Both the position numbers and the translations under genes were made by a program. Shown in pieces: positions 8,879 to 18,151 of a stretch of DNA of 64,000 bases. This stretch comes from a bacterium (GTDB taxonomy: Bacteria; Sysuimicrobiota; Sysuimicrobiia; Sysuimicrobiales; Humicultoraceae). The stretch spans positions 13,727 through 77,726 of the forward strand of contig JBGQGY010000001.1 in the NCBI GenBank assembly GCA_041497675.1, read 5' to 3'. How positions within the stretch are numbered: the first letter of the stretch is position 1; the number at the start of each line of letters is the position of its first letter. The notes below the pieces were generated by a model. That model had not been told where the DNA came from and did no database searches. It saw only the letters and a program-made list of their open reading frames with translations.

Positions 8879-10075
8879 CTAGCGCACGACGGCGAAGTGC
8901 TCGCGGTCGACTGAGTGGATGCCGTTGCCCCCGTTGGAGACCGAGTGGGCCAGGGTGTTCCTCAACGTGGTCCAGGTATCGTTGGCGCGCTGCAGCGACT
9001 GGCGGATCCACTCCTTGTCGCCTTCGTTTGGCGGGACGGCGCAGGCGATCTTCGCCCAGACCATCGCGTGGTAGAAACGCAGGGCGGTTGCCGCGACCCA
9101 GATTTCGCTGCGGACGCTGCCGTCACCGTTGGGCATGAAGATGTCGCAGATGTTGTCGCTGCCGATGCGCACGGTCACACCGGCCAGTACCATGTCCAGA
9201 ATGCGTGCGATGGAGTTGTGCACCGGGGTCAGCATCGGCCGTAGCTGGAGCATCGAGAGGGCGGCGGTGGGACAGCAGATCACGCCGACGTTGTACTTGC
9301 GGAGATTCTCGACAAGGCGCTGGAAGCGGGCCTCATCGTAGCACGACGGGGAGATCGCGTGGACCGCCCAGACCGTCGGGCCCTCCTCACCCGGCACCTT
9401 CGGTGAGCCGAGCCACCGCACCGCCTGGACGAGCTGCTCGGTCTCTTCTTCGCGCGGATCGTTGTCCTGATCCACTTGAAGGTGCACGGGTTTGCCGAGG
9501 TCATGAGCCAGCTCGAGGAGCATGCGGACATGACCGTCGAAGCCGACACGACCTTCGGCGCGATCTCGTACGGGCAACCCGCCCAGGACATCGGCAACCT
9601 TGGCCGCCTGTTTGTAGACTTCCCACCGGTCGGGATTGACTTTGGGATTCTTGAACCCGAAGATCGGCGAGACGGCGATCTTCAGCGCGAGCCGGTCCTT
9701 GAACTCCGCGCGCAAGCGGACCGCCTGCTCGATCGCCCCCAGACCGATGTCCGGCGTCGCGTCGATGAACGAGGTGACTTCGCGGACGCGCATCGCGGCC
9801 ATGCGCTCCAGTTCTTCGCGCATGCGCGTGTAGAGGTTGTCGGAGCGGTAGCCGAGACCCTTGTGCAGCTCACCCACCAGGATCTGCTTGACCGGTAGCG
9901 ACAACCCGGCGGCCCCCACGGGGTCGATGTTGGCGTGCTGCAGGAACTCCGGCGCCAAGGTGTTGGCGCGGTCCAGATGGGTGTGGGCGTTGACCCACCC
10001 GCCGAACTCCCTGACCGTCCGCTCCAGCGAGCGGCTCCACGTGCCGTTGTCGATGCCATCCACGATGGGATCCAT
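8879..10075 (-). CDS. Amidohydrolase superfamily protein (cytosine-deaminase-like metal-dependent hydrolase)
   Basis: Metal-binding motif NAHTHLD and TIM-barrel amidohydrolase features are present. The longer upstream extension in the ORF track contains a terminator hairpin. The start is at ATG 10075, or possibly the GTGs at 10084/10087. Confidence 0.75.
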   Translation of the reverse strand: MDPIVDGIDNGTWSRSLERTVREFGGWVNAHTHLDRANTLAPEFLQHANIDPVGAAGLSLPVKQILVGELHKGLGYRSDNLYTRMREELERMAAMRVREVTSFIDATPDIGLGAIEQAVRLRAEFKDRLALKIAVSPIFGFKNPKVNPDRWEVYKQAAKVADVLGGLPVRDRAEGRVGFDGHVRMLLELAHDLGKPVHLQVDQDNDPREEETEQLVQAVRWLGSPKVPGEEGPTVWAVHAISPSCYDEARFQRLVENLRKYNVGVICCPTAALSMLQLRPMLTPVHNSIARILDMVLAGVTVRIGSDNICDIFMPNGDGSVRSEIWVAATALRFYHAMVWAKIACAVPPNEGDKEWIRQSLQRANDTWTTLRNTLAHSVSNGGNGIHSVDREHFAVVR

Positions 10076-10112
10076 GATCAGCACCACACCTCCCCCCAAG
10101 ATTTGGGACAAC

Positions 10113-10135
10113 AAAAAACCCGCCGTGACGGCGGG
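10113..10135 (-). terminator. Intrinsic terminator-like hairpin (CCCGCCG-UCA-CGGCGGG + U6) inside the 5' leader of the amidohydrolase gene
   Basis: A perfect 7-bp GC stem is followed by TTTTTT on the minus strand, about 40 nt upstream of the start codon. Confidence 0.5.
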
Positions 10136-10311
10136 GCAGCAGGTATACGCTCGCGTGTGCGATTCACGACGACCTCCTTGTCCGCCTCTCTGGGCGGGGC
10201 TTAAAGGGGTCCGATCCACGGCAGACGATAGCACGCGGCGCCTGGTGCCGTCAAGCACAGAAACCGGCCCGGCGGTGCGGGAGACACCGCGCCGCCGCAT
10301 GCGTATACTGG

Positions 10312-11346
10312 ATGATCGTGGGCACCATCCCGCAGTATCAGGCCCGCCTCGTCGCAATCCGCGACGCCGGAAACGCCGACCACGGGCGGATTCTGGAGAT
10401 CGGGAACACGCTCTTTTCCGATGACTACCAAGACACGCCCGAGGAGTTTCGCCATCATCGCGAGCGCCTCCGGGCTGGCGGACACGCCGACGTGTTCGCG
10501 GTTGCCGAGGCGTCGGGGGGCATCGTCGGTTACTCGCACTATCAGCACATGCCCGAGCAGACCGACCGCGATCGGTACCGTGTGATCGTCGGCGTCGCTC
10601 ACGGTTGGCGTGGGCGTGGCGTAGGCGGCACGCTGTATGCGCACCTGGACACGGCGCTGCACGCGCGCGGCGCCCGGGTCGCCGAGTCGTTCGCGCGGGA
10701 GACCGACGCCCATGTGATCGGGTTTCTGGTCCGGCGAGGGTTCGCCGAGGTCATGCGGGCCTGGGAGTACCGGTTCGATCCCAGGGGGTTCGATCCGGCG
10801 CCATTCGGGCACTATCGTGAGCGCGTCCGCGCCGGCGGGGTGGTCATCACCACGCTGGCATCCGAACGAGATCGCGACCCGGGCGCGGTGCGCAAAGCCT
10901 ACGACCTGCACAGCGCGGTCGACGCCGACATCCCGTCGACCAGCCCGTTTCAGGCTCCCCCGCTTGAGCGTTACGTTGAGCACAACGTCACCGGGCCCAA
11001 TGCCCTGCTCGAAGCGTACTTCATCGCGAAGATCGGCGACGAGTACGTCGGCGAGTCGATCCTCCGGAAGCCAGGTACCGGCGCCTACCTGTTGGTGAAC
11101 ACCACGGGTGTGCGGCAGCCGTATCGCGGCCGCGGTATCGCCATGGCGCTGAAACTGGCCACGATCGACTATGCGCGGACCCACGAATGTCCCCAGATCC
11201 GCACGTGGAACGAGATCAACAACGCCGGGATGCTGGCCATCAACGAGCGGCTCGGGTTTGTGCGCACGCCGGCGTGGATCACCTACGAAAAGCGGCTCGC
11301 GCCCGGTGAGCGCTTCGCGTCGGAGCCGGAGGGAGGACCGAGGTGA
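10312..11346 (+). CDS. GNAT family N-acetyltransferase with two tandem GNAT domains (MshD-like architecture)
   Basis: Two acetyl-CoA-binding segments are present (VIVGVAHGWRGRGVGGTLY and QPYRGRGIAMAL). The stop overlaps the downstream gene as GTGA. Confidence 0.7.
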   Translation: MIVGTIPQYQARLVAIRDAGNADHGRILEIGNTLFSDDYQDTPEEFRHHRERLRAGGHADVFAVAEASGGIVGYSHYQHMPEQTDRDRYRVIVGVAHGWRGRGVGGTLYAHLDTALHARGARVAESFARETDAHVIGFLVRRGFAEVMRAWEYRFDPRGFDPAPFGHYRERVRAGGVVITTLASERDRDPGAVRKAYDLHSAVDADIPSTSPFQAPPLERYVEHNVTGPNALLEAYFIAKIGDEYVGESILRKPGTGAYLLVNTTGVRQPYRGRGIAMALKLATIDYARTHECPQIRTWNEINNAGMLAINERLGFVRTPAWITYEKRLAPGERFASEPEGGPR

Positions 11347-12467
11347 ACGAGCTGCGGCTCATCCGGCTGGCCGGCGATCCGGCCGATCAGGGTCGGGCGT
11401 TCGGCCGGGCGACCGCCGACCTGGTGGCCCACAACCTGGAGATCTACTTCAAGAGGTTTCTCGGGGAGACGTATCTCGATCGCGCCGAGGTGCTGAGACG
11501 GGTCGACCGGTACTGGCCGGTCGTCGAGGCCGAGGCGCCGGCGTTCGCGGCCATGGTCGCCGGCATAGCGGAGGGGGCCGCGCAACCCTTGCCCGTCGTG
11601 GCCGCGCTCAACCTGCGATACGAGTTGTTGTACGCGGAGTTCTCACGTCTCGGGCAGGCGGAGCCCGAGTACCGGTATCCCGCGGGAGAGTGCACGGCGT
11701 TCGCCGTGCTGCCCGAGATGTCCACCGATGGCCACCTGCGCATCGGACAGAACTGGGACTGGATCCCCAACGTCGCCGGTGTTTTGGTGCACGTCACGCA
11801 GCCCGGCGGGCTGCGCGTGCTGTGCTTCACCGAGGCCGGCATTGCCGGCGGCAAGATCGGGGCGAACAGCGCGGGGGTCGGGCTCACCGTCAACGGGTTG
11901 GTGTCGTCGGACGACGACTGGACACGCATGGGCCGCCCCTTCCACGCGCGGACGTGGGACATTCTCTGCAGCACGCGCCTGGAGGATGCGGTCAAGGCCG
12001 TGAGCGCCGGCGACCGCTCATGCTCGGCGAACTTTCTCATTGCGCAGGCCGGCCCGCTCGGACGTGGCGAAGCCGTCGACATCGAAGCGGCGCCGCGCGG
12101 CGTGTGTCTGCAACGGCCGCGCGGCGGAGTCTTCGCGCACGCGAATCATTTCCTCGAGCCGGAACGCCTCGGCATCTCGCAGCCGCTGGTCGAGGAGCGG
12201 CTGTCCACCTATCATCGCTGCGACCGCATGCAGCAGATGCTGGCCGCGGGCTCCGCGCACGGCCGGATCGCGTCCGACGCGCTCCAGGCGATGCTCCGCG
12301 ACCACGACGGCCTGCCGGAGTCGGTGTGCCGTCACCCCAATCCACGCCTGCACGAGCCCGATCGGTATCAGACCGTGGTGTCCATGATCATGGATCTGCA
12401 CGCGGGACGGGTCCTGGCGGCGGCCGGCCCTCCGTGCGTGAATGCCTTTGTCGAGTACGTCGTGTAG
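11343..12467 (+). CDS. C45 family acyl-CoA:6-aminopenicillanic-acid acyltransferase-like autoproteolytic hydrolase/acyltransferase
   Basis: GTG start after the SD GGAGGGAGG. The putative nucleophile context ECTAF and overall length and fold features fit C45/Ntn-type. Confidence 0.6.
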   Translation: MNELRLIRLAGDPADQGRAFGRATADLVAHNLEIYFKRFLGETYLDRAEVLRRVDRYWPVVEAEAPAFAAMVAGIAEGAAQPLPVVAALNLRYELLYAEFSRLGQAEPEYRYPAGECTAFAVLPEMSTDGHLRIGQNWDWIPNVAGVLVHVTQPGGLRVLCFTEAGIAGGKIGANSAGVGLTVNGLVSSDDDWTRMGRPFHARTWDILCSTRLEDAVKAVSAGDRSCSANFLIAQAGPLGRGEAVDIEAAPRGVCLQRPRGGVFAHANHFLEPERLGISQPLVEERLSTYHRCDRMQQMLAAGSAHGRIASDALQAMLRDHDGLPESVCRHPNPRLHEPDRYQTVVSMIMDLHAGRVLAAAGPPCVNAFVEYVV

Positions 12468-12486
12468 CGTTCGTCGGCATCGGCGC

Positions 12487-13182
12487 TCACCTCGGTTGGG
12501 GCGGACCCATCGGGCCCGGCGGTATGATGGGCTGCACGGGGATGCGGTCGACCGGGCCGCGCGGCACAGGGCGCCACGTGGACCAAGGCGTCGGTGTCGC
12601 GTAGTGCACGCGGTGGTTGCGCAGACCAACCTCACCTTCGATGGCAAGCGTCGCCCCGGCGCGGTGGCGCACCTGCATTTCGACGTGAATCCTGGCCGTG
12701 GTCTGCGGGGATTCCGCGGGTGCGCCCAAGGCCGTCAAATATGTGAAGGTCACGCTGTCGATGTTGGCGGACAGGTTGTTGACGCCGGTGTTGACCCGGC
12801 GCTCCACCTCGCGCTGCCGCGGATTGTGTTGAAACGTCACTTCGTAGACCGACGCGTGTCTGTAAGGGTTGCCCCTGGGGATCCTGACCCTGACACGAGT
12901 TGGGCAGAGGAGCGTCGGTGCGCACGCCGGATCGTCGACCACGGCTTCGGCCCACCGCAGTTCCTCGGTGATGCGCTCGAGCCCGCGCCGGGCCGCCTGG
13001 CTCACCTCGATCCGGCTCTCCGTCAGCACGAACGCGCGTCCCACGACCCTCGTGAGCCCCGCGGCGGCCGCGACGACGGTTGCGGCCAGGCTGAGCGACA
13101 GGATCACCTCGAGGATCGTCCAGCCGCTCTGGCCTGGACCCTGCGCGAGTACGCGCGGCGTTTTGGCTTTCCGCTTGCCCAC
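12487..13182 (-). CDS. Prepilin-type N-terminal cleavage/methylation domain protein (pseudopilin/type IV pilin-like)
   Basis: Class III signal peptide: basic leader, then G|WTILEVILSLSLAATVV with Glu at +5. GTG start. No pilus or T2SS genes nearby. Confidence 0.6.
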   Translation of the reverse strand: MGKRKAKTPRVLAQGPGQSGWTILEVILSLSLAATVVAAAAGLTRVVGRAFVLTESRIEVSQAARRGLERITEELRWAEAVVDDPACAPTLLCPTRVRVRIPRGNPYRHASVYEVTFQHNPRQREVERRVNTGVNNLSANIDSVTFTYLTALGAPAESPQTTARIHVEMQVRHRAGATLAIEGEVGLRNHRVHYATPTPWSTWRPVPRGPVDRIPVQPIIPPGPMGPPQPR

Positions 13183-13256
13183 GCCAGCCCCACCGCCCCA
13201 TCTGTCAATGCACTACGTTCATCGGCAGGTTCGGGCGGGAGTTACGGGGCGGCGTC

Positions 13257-14153
13257 ATGACCGGCGAAGTGGCGGCCGTCACCGCGGCCGTGGCCTTTGG
13301 GCTCAGCACCGTCACGGCTCGGCGCTTCATGGATGCCGTCACGCCGGAGGCCGGGGCGCTGGTCAGCATCGTGATGAACGTGATCACGTTCTGGACACTG
13401 GCGGCTGTGGTGATGCTGCGAAACGGCGCGCCGCCGCTTCCCGCGCAAGCCCTGATCCTCTTCATCGTGGGTGGATTGGCGGGGACGCTGGTCGGCCGGA
13501 ATCTCTCCTACCTCAGCATCGAGCGGATCGGTCCATCGCTGCTCGTGACGATCCGGCTCAGCCAGACGATCGTCACGCTGCTGTTGGGACTGGCGTTTCT
13601 CGGCGAGCTCCCTCGGCCGTGGCAGCTTGGGGGGCTGGCGAGCGTCCTCGTTGGGCTGTGGATCAGCCTGCGGTCACGCGGGGGTGACGGACCGGTGCGA
13701 GGCGCACCGGCGGCACGCCGTCTCGATCTGGCCGCGCTCCTGCTTGCGTTTGCGAGCGCAGCGGCGTTTGCATTTGGCGACACCGCACGGCGTGCTGCGC
13801 TGATGATCGTTCCCGCGCCGGTGCTCGGCGCGGCCGTGGGGTCGTCGGCGGCGCTGGTGGCACACCTCATCTGGTCGATCACGCGTCACTCCGCGCGATG
13901 GCCCGCGGGCCCGGCGCTGCGGAGCGTCGATCTTTGGACCAGCGCGCTCTTCAATACGTTGGCGATTCTCTTGCTCTACACTGCTCTACGCTCCGCGCCG
14001 GTCGCGGTCGTCTCGACCCTCTACAACCTGCAGGTGCTGGTGGTGCTCGCAGGCAGCCGCCTGTTGTTGGGCGACCGCGAGCCGGTCGGCTCCCGTTTGA
14101 TCGGTGGATCGGTGCTGACGCTGCTGGGCACGATCATGATCTTGATGGGATGA
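13257..14153 (+). CDS. EamA/DMT family transporter
   Basis: About 10 TM helices with the two-repeat EamA organisation. Confidence 0.8.
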   Translation: MTGEVAAVTAAVAFGLSTVTARRFMDAVTPEAGALVSIVMNVITFWTLAAVVMLRNGAPPLPAQALILFIVGGLAGTLVGRNLSYLSIERIGPSLLVTIRLSQTIVTLLLGLAFLGELPRPWQLGGLASVLVGLWISLRSRGGDGPVRGAPAARRLDLAALLLAFASAAAFAFGDTARRAALMIVPAPVLGAAVGSSAALVAHLIWSITRHSARWPAGPALRSVDLWTSALFNTLAILLLYTALRSAPVAVVSTLYNLQVLVVLAGSRLLLGDREPVGSRLIGGSVLTLLGTIMILMG

Positions 14154-14337
14154 CGTGACGGAGCGATTTCGACTCGGGCGGCAGTTAGTGGGGATGCGAG
14201 TGAGGCAGGTCTTGCGGCGCGCCCTCGGCGGCGACTTCCTCAGCCAGCAACTGCTGCATCCGCGCGGACGCCACCGCCGGTGTCTCCTGTCCCGGCAGGA
14301 CCACGCCGCCGGGGCGGCGCATAAGTGGGCCTAGGTT

Positions 14338-15048
14338 GTGACATCGATCGGGGGAATCCACCTGTCGGCGTGGCTCTACCTGGTGCTCGCGCACCTTGTC
14401 GCGGACTTCCTGCTGCAACCGTACGAGCTGGTGAAACTCAAGAACCGGCCGCTGGGTCTGACGATTCACGCGGTAGTGCACGGTGTGATTACGGCGATCC
14501 TGGTCGCGCCCGTGCTGCCCCGGTGGGGGCTCATCGTGCCGATCCTGGTCGTCGTGCACTACCTGCTGGATTGGTTGAAGGTGGCCAGGGGACCGTCGGC
14601 GGGGCCGGTGTCGCTGGTGGTCTTTCTGGCAGACCAGGCGGCCCACCTGACCGTGCTCCTGCTGGCGGTGCTGGCCTCGGGTCTCTCGTTCGACGCCCAG
14701 ATTGTGTATGCATCGCCGGCGGCAACGGCCGTGCTCTACTACGCCATCCCATACCTCGCCGTGACCGTCGCGGGCGCGATCCTCGTCTACCAGGTCGCCT
14801 TGGCGTTTCGGACACGGTCCGACCCTGGACTGGTGCTGGTCTGGCGGGAGCGTGTCGCAGGCATGATCGAGCGAGGCTTGGCGCTCACCGTCGTGTTGTT
14901 CCTGCGACCGTCGCTCTGGCCGGCGGCGATCCTGCCTGCGCTGATCATCGCGTGGCCGGCGCGACAAGCGCGAGGCCGGTGGATCGAGGCCGCCTGGAGC
15001 GTGGGGTTCGCCTTTGTCCTGGGGCTGCTGTTCAGAACGTGGACGTGA
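14338..15048 (+). CDS. DUF3307 domain membrane protein
   Basis: The N-terminal LAHLVADFLLQ motif is typical of DUF3307. The protein is polytopic. GTG start. Confidence 0.55.
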   Translation: MTSIGGIHLSAWLYLVLAHLVADFLLQPYELVKLKNRPLGLTIHAVVHGVITAILVAPVLPRWGLIVPILVVVHYLLDWLKVARGPSAGPVSLVVFLADQAAHLTVLLLAVLASGLSFDAQIVYASPAATAVLYYAIPYLAVTVAGAILVYQVALAFRTRSDPGLVLVWRERVAGMIERGLALTVVLFLRPSLWPAAILPALIIAWPARQARGRWIEAAWSVGFAFVLGLLFRTWT

Positions 15049-15116
15049 TCGGGCAGGTAACTCCCGCGAGCAGCGGGTAGTGTAGTAAGGACAAAAGATC
15101 TCTGGAGGATCACGCG

Positions 15117-15539
15117 ATGGCGGAACGAGACGACATCGTCAACAGCATGGCCTCGCTGGCGATGTTTGCCGATCTCTCGCGGCCGCAGCTGGAAGCCGCC
15201 TCACATACGTTTGAAGAGGAATGGTTCACGGACGGCCAGCGGATTCTCCGGCAGGGCTTCTCCGGCTCGAACTTCTACGTGATTCTCGAGGGTGAGGCCG
15301 CTGTCCGCATCAACGGCGAGACGCGCGCGGTCCTGATCCGCGGGGATTTCTTCGGCGAAGTCTCGGTGCTGCTGGGCGAGCCCCCTACGGCGGACGTCGT
15401 CGCGCTCCGGCCGCTGCGGTGCATCGTCTTGCCAGGGCCGGACACCGAGTCGTTCTTGGTATCGTATCCGCGAGTCATGTATCGGATGCTCCAGGCCCAG
15501 GCCCGGCGGCTCCGGAACGCCAACCTGTGGCGGGGTTGA
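15117..15539 (+). CDS. Standalone cyclic-nucleotide-binding (CAP effector) domain protein
   Basis: cNMP-binding signature (FFGEVSVLLGEPPTADVVA) present. No HTH. The stop overlaps the next gene as TGATG. SD GGAGGA. Confidence 0.75.
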   Translation: MAERDDIVNSMASLAMFADLSRPQLEAASHTFEEEWFTDGQRILRQGFSGSNFYVILEGEAAVRINGETRAVLIRGDFFGEVSVLLGEPPTADVVALRPLRCIVLPGPDTESFLVSYPRVMYRMLQAQARRLRNANLWRG

Positions 15540-17026
15540 TGGAACGACCTTTCCCGCCGGGGCGCTACCCGGTCGTTGTCGTCGGGAGCGGTCCGGGCGG
15601 TCTGCAGCTGTCCTATTCCCTTCGCCGGCTCGGCGTCGAACACGCCGTGCTCTCGGAGGATCCCGGCCCCGGCGGCATGTTCCTGCGCTACCCGTTGTTC
15701 CAGCGCCTCAACACCTGGTCGAAACCGCATGCGCCTGCGGAGCGCGGCACGCGACCCTACGAGTGGTACGACTGGAACAGTCTGGTCGGGGACGTGCCCG
15801 AGCATCGGTCGACCGTGAGCGAGTCGATGGAGGGCGTCTCGTATTTCCCCGCCCGGATCGAGATGTGCCGCGGCCTGTCGACGTTCGCAGCGCGGGCGAA
15901 CATCCAGGTGCGATACGAGTGCCGCTGGGAGGGCACCCGGCGCGAGGACGGAGGGTTCGCGCTGCAGACCTCCGATGGGGAATACCGCTGCCGGGTGGCG
16001 GTGTTTGCGGTCGGCATGGCCCAGCCGTGGAAGCCGCCCATTCCCGGTCTGGAGGACGCCCCACACTACGTGGAGACGAAACCGGCCCGCGAGTACGCAG
16101 GGAAGCGCGTGTTCATCATCGGGAAGCGGAATTCAGGGTTCGAGATCGCCGATGCGCTGCTCCCGTGGGCGCAACGCATCATGCTGGGATCGCCGCGGCC
16201 GCCGGTCATCTCGATCTTGCATTCGGGCGCAGGCGTCAAGGCGAAGTACCTCGTGCCCTTCGAGGATCACATCATGGGCGGCGGGGTGGCCGTCCTCGAT
16301 GCGTCGATTGAGCGCGTGCAGCGGGACGGCGCGCTCTGGCGCGTCTTCACGTCGGGCCCGGCGCTTGGGCCGATGCCATTTGAGATCGACGACGTGATCG
16401 CCGCCACCGGTTTCACGTCGCCACTCGGCGATTTGCCGACGCTGGGCGTGGCGACATTTAATCACGGCCGGTTGCCACGGCTGACCCACTACTGGGAAAG
16501 CGCCACAATGCCCGGGATCTATTTTGCGGGGACGATCACGCAGGCGGCGCCCGGGCTGCGGAAACATGGGGCCGCCGGCAACTCGGCCGCCGTGGGGGGG
16601 TTCCGTCACAACGCGCGCGTCCTGGCGCACCACCTGGCGCGCGAGCACTTCGGCGTCCACGTGCCGGCCGCAACGCTGCGGCAGGACGCGGTGGTGCCGT
16701 ACCTGTTGTCCGAGGTCACGCGGGCGCCGGAGCTGTGGAACCAGCAGGCGTATCTGGCGCGCGTGGTCTGCGTCGATCGCGAGCGGGGCGTGTTCGACGA
16801 CGGCATTCAGCCGCTGGCGGCCTTTGTGGACACGCCCGGCCCGGACGCGGTCGCGGTCAGCGTCGAGGTAGACGCGAAAGGTGAGATGCATCCCGGCGTC
16901 TACGTGCGGCGGGACGGGCAGACCAGCGAGCACGTCCTGTCGGGCGATCCGCTGTTGAACTTCGAACGCGACCGGCATCGCGCTGAGCTGGAGAGCGTGC
17001 TGAAGGAGCTCGTCGCGGCCGGCTGA
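15539..17026 (+). CDS. FAD/NAD(P)-binding oxidoreductase (pyridine nucleotide-disulfide oxidoreductase / flavin monooxygenase-like)
   Basis: Two Rossmann dinucleotide motifs are present (VVVVGSGPGGL and RVFIIGKRNSGFEIADAL). The gene is translationally coupled to the upstream cNMP-binding gene. Confidence 0.75.
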   Translation: MERPFPPGRYPVVVVGSGPGGLQLSYSLRRLGVEHAVLSEDPGPGGMFLRYPLFQRLNTWSKPHAPAERGTRPYEWYDWNSLVGDVPEHRSTVSESMEGVSYFPARIEMCRGLSTFAARANIQVRYECRWEGTRREDGGFALQTSDGEYRCRVAVFAVGMAQPWKPPIPGLEDAPHYVETKPAREYAGKRVFIIGKRNSGFEIADALLPWAQRIMLGSPRPPVISILHSGAGVKAKYLVPFEDHIMGGGVAVLDASIERVQRDGALWRVFTSGPALGPMPFEIDDVIAATGFTSPLGDLPTLGVATFNHGRLPRLTHYWESATMPGIYFAGTITQAAPGLRKHGAAGNSAAVGGFRHNARVLAHHLAREHFGVHVPAATLRQDAVVPYLLSEVTRAPELWNQQAYLARVVCVDRERGVFDDGIQPLAAFVDTPGPDAVAVSVEVDAKGEMHPGVYVRRDGQTSEHVLSGDPLLNFERDRHRAELESVLKELVAAG

Positions 17027-17041
17027 GCGCGCCGGCCGGCG

Positions 17042-17470
17042 CTAGTGGTGGTGGGCTTCGCCCGCACTGCGCAGCCGCCGCGCCATCTCGCCCAGCATCG
17101 CGACGGCGATCTTTGGATTGCGTTCCAGCAGTTGAATGAAATCCCACGAGGCCAGCGCCAGACACACCGTCGGTTCGATCGCCACGACGTGCGCCATTCG
17201 GGGCGACTGATCGAGCACGGAGAGCTCGCCGAAGAAGGCGCCCGGTCCCAGCACGGCCAGCTCGTCGCTGCCACGCACGACCCGGGCCCGACCGCGGATA
17301 ATCAGGTAGAAGCCGGTGCCGATCTGTTTCTGGCGGACGATGTACTGCCCCGGCCCGTACTCGATGACCTCGGCTTTGGCGGCGATCGCGCCCAGGGCGC
17401 GATCCGAGAGGCTCGAAAACAGGGCGACCTTACGGAGGTATTCGACCTTCGCCTTTTTCGTCAGCGTCAT
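17042..17470 (-). CDS. Standalone cyclic-nucleotide-binding (CAP effector) domain protein, paralog of 15117..15539
   Basis: cNMP-binding motif (GPGAFFGELSVLDQSPRMAHVVA) present. The C-terminus ends in HHH. Convergent with the oxidoreductase. Confidence 0.75.
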   Translation of the reverse strand: MTLTKKAKVEYLRKVALFSSLSDRALGAIAAKAEVIEYGPGQYIVRQKQIGTGFYLIIRGRARVVRGSDELAVLGPGAFFGELSVLDQSPRMAHVVAIEPTVCLALASWDFIQLLERNPKIAVAMLGEMARRLRSAGEAHHH

Positions 17471-17506
17471 CGTGCGACGGCTTCGACGGGATGAAGGACG
17501 GTCCTG

Positions 17507-18064
17507 CTATTTTGAGAGATCACCCGGTGTGAATGAATGCAGCACGCGGTCGCACACCTTCTGCCGGTCCCGCCACGCGTTCAGGGGCGCCGCGCACACG
17601 ACGTAGTGCAGGCGTTGCGGACCTGTGATGAGGACGCCCACGGACGCCCATTCACGGCCGCGCGTCGACCCGGTTAGCTCAAATCGATACCAGGCCACCT
17701 GGTCGGTACTCGCGTCCGTCCGCTGGAACCCGGAGACGCCGTGCATGGGGAGGAGCGACATCGCGAGGCGCCGCACCTCGTTCTCGGGCAGCGGCCCCGG
17801 TTCGGGGCGCGTCATGATCACGATGAATTCTGTCGCGGTGGTCTCCGGGGTCTCGCCCGGCGGCGCAGGGTTCGGGAGGAACCAGATTCGCCGGCCGTCG
17901 TCGGTCTCAATGGTGTGCCATGCGCCTGGGCGTTCAAGCGAAAAGCCGTGCCGATCGCTCGCGTACCGCTGGAGGGCATCGGTGCGTGCCGTTCGCCCAC
18001 AGCCGGCGGCAATGATCACTGCCATGAGGAGGAGGAGGGCGGCGAGGGCGGGCACACGGCTCAC
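17507..18064 (-). CDS. Putative lipoprotein (hypothetical)
   Basis: A GTG start gives MSRVPALAALLLLMAVIIAAGC with a lipobox-like AAGC; an alternative ATG lies at 18025. The much longer ORF in the track is not supported. Confidence 0.5.
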   Translation of the reverse strand: MSRVPALAALLLLMAVIIAAGCGRTARTDALQRYASDRHGFSLERPGAWHTIETDDGRRIWFLPNPAPPGETPETTATEFIVIMTRPEPGPLPENEVRRLAMSLLPMHGVSGFQRTDASTDQVAWYRFELTGSTRGREWASVGVLITGPQRLHYVVCAAPLNAWRDRQKVCDRVLHSFTPGDLSK

Positions 18065-18151
18065 AGCCCGTGGTCTACGCCACGGCGAAGCCCGGCGCCT
18101 GCTTGCCTGTCCGCCGGCAGCGCGCGATGATGACGGCGGGGGGAATCCGAG

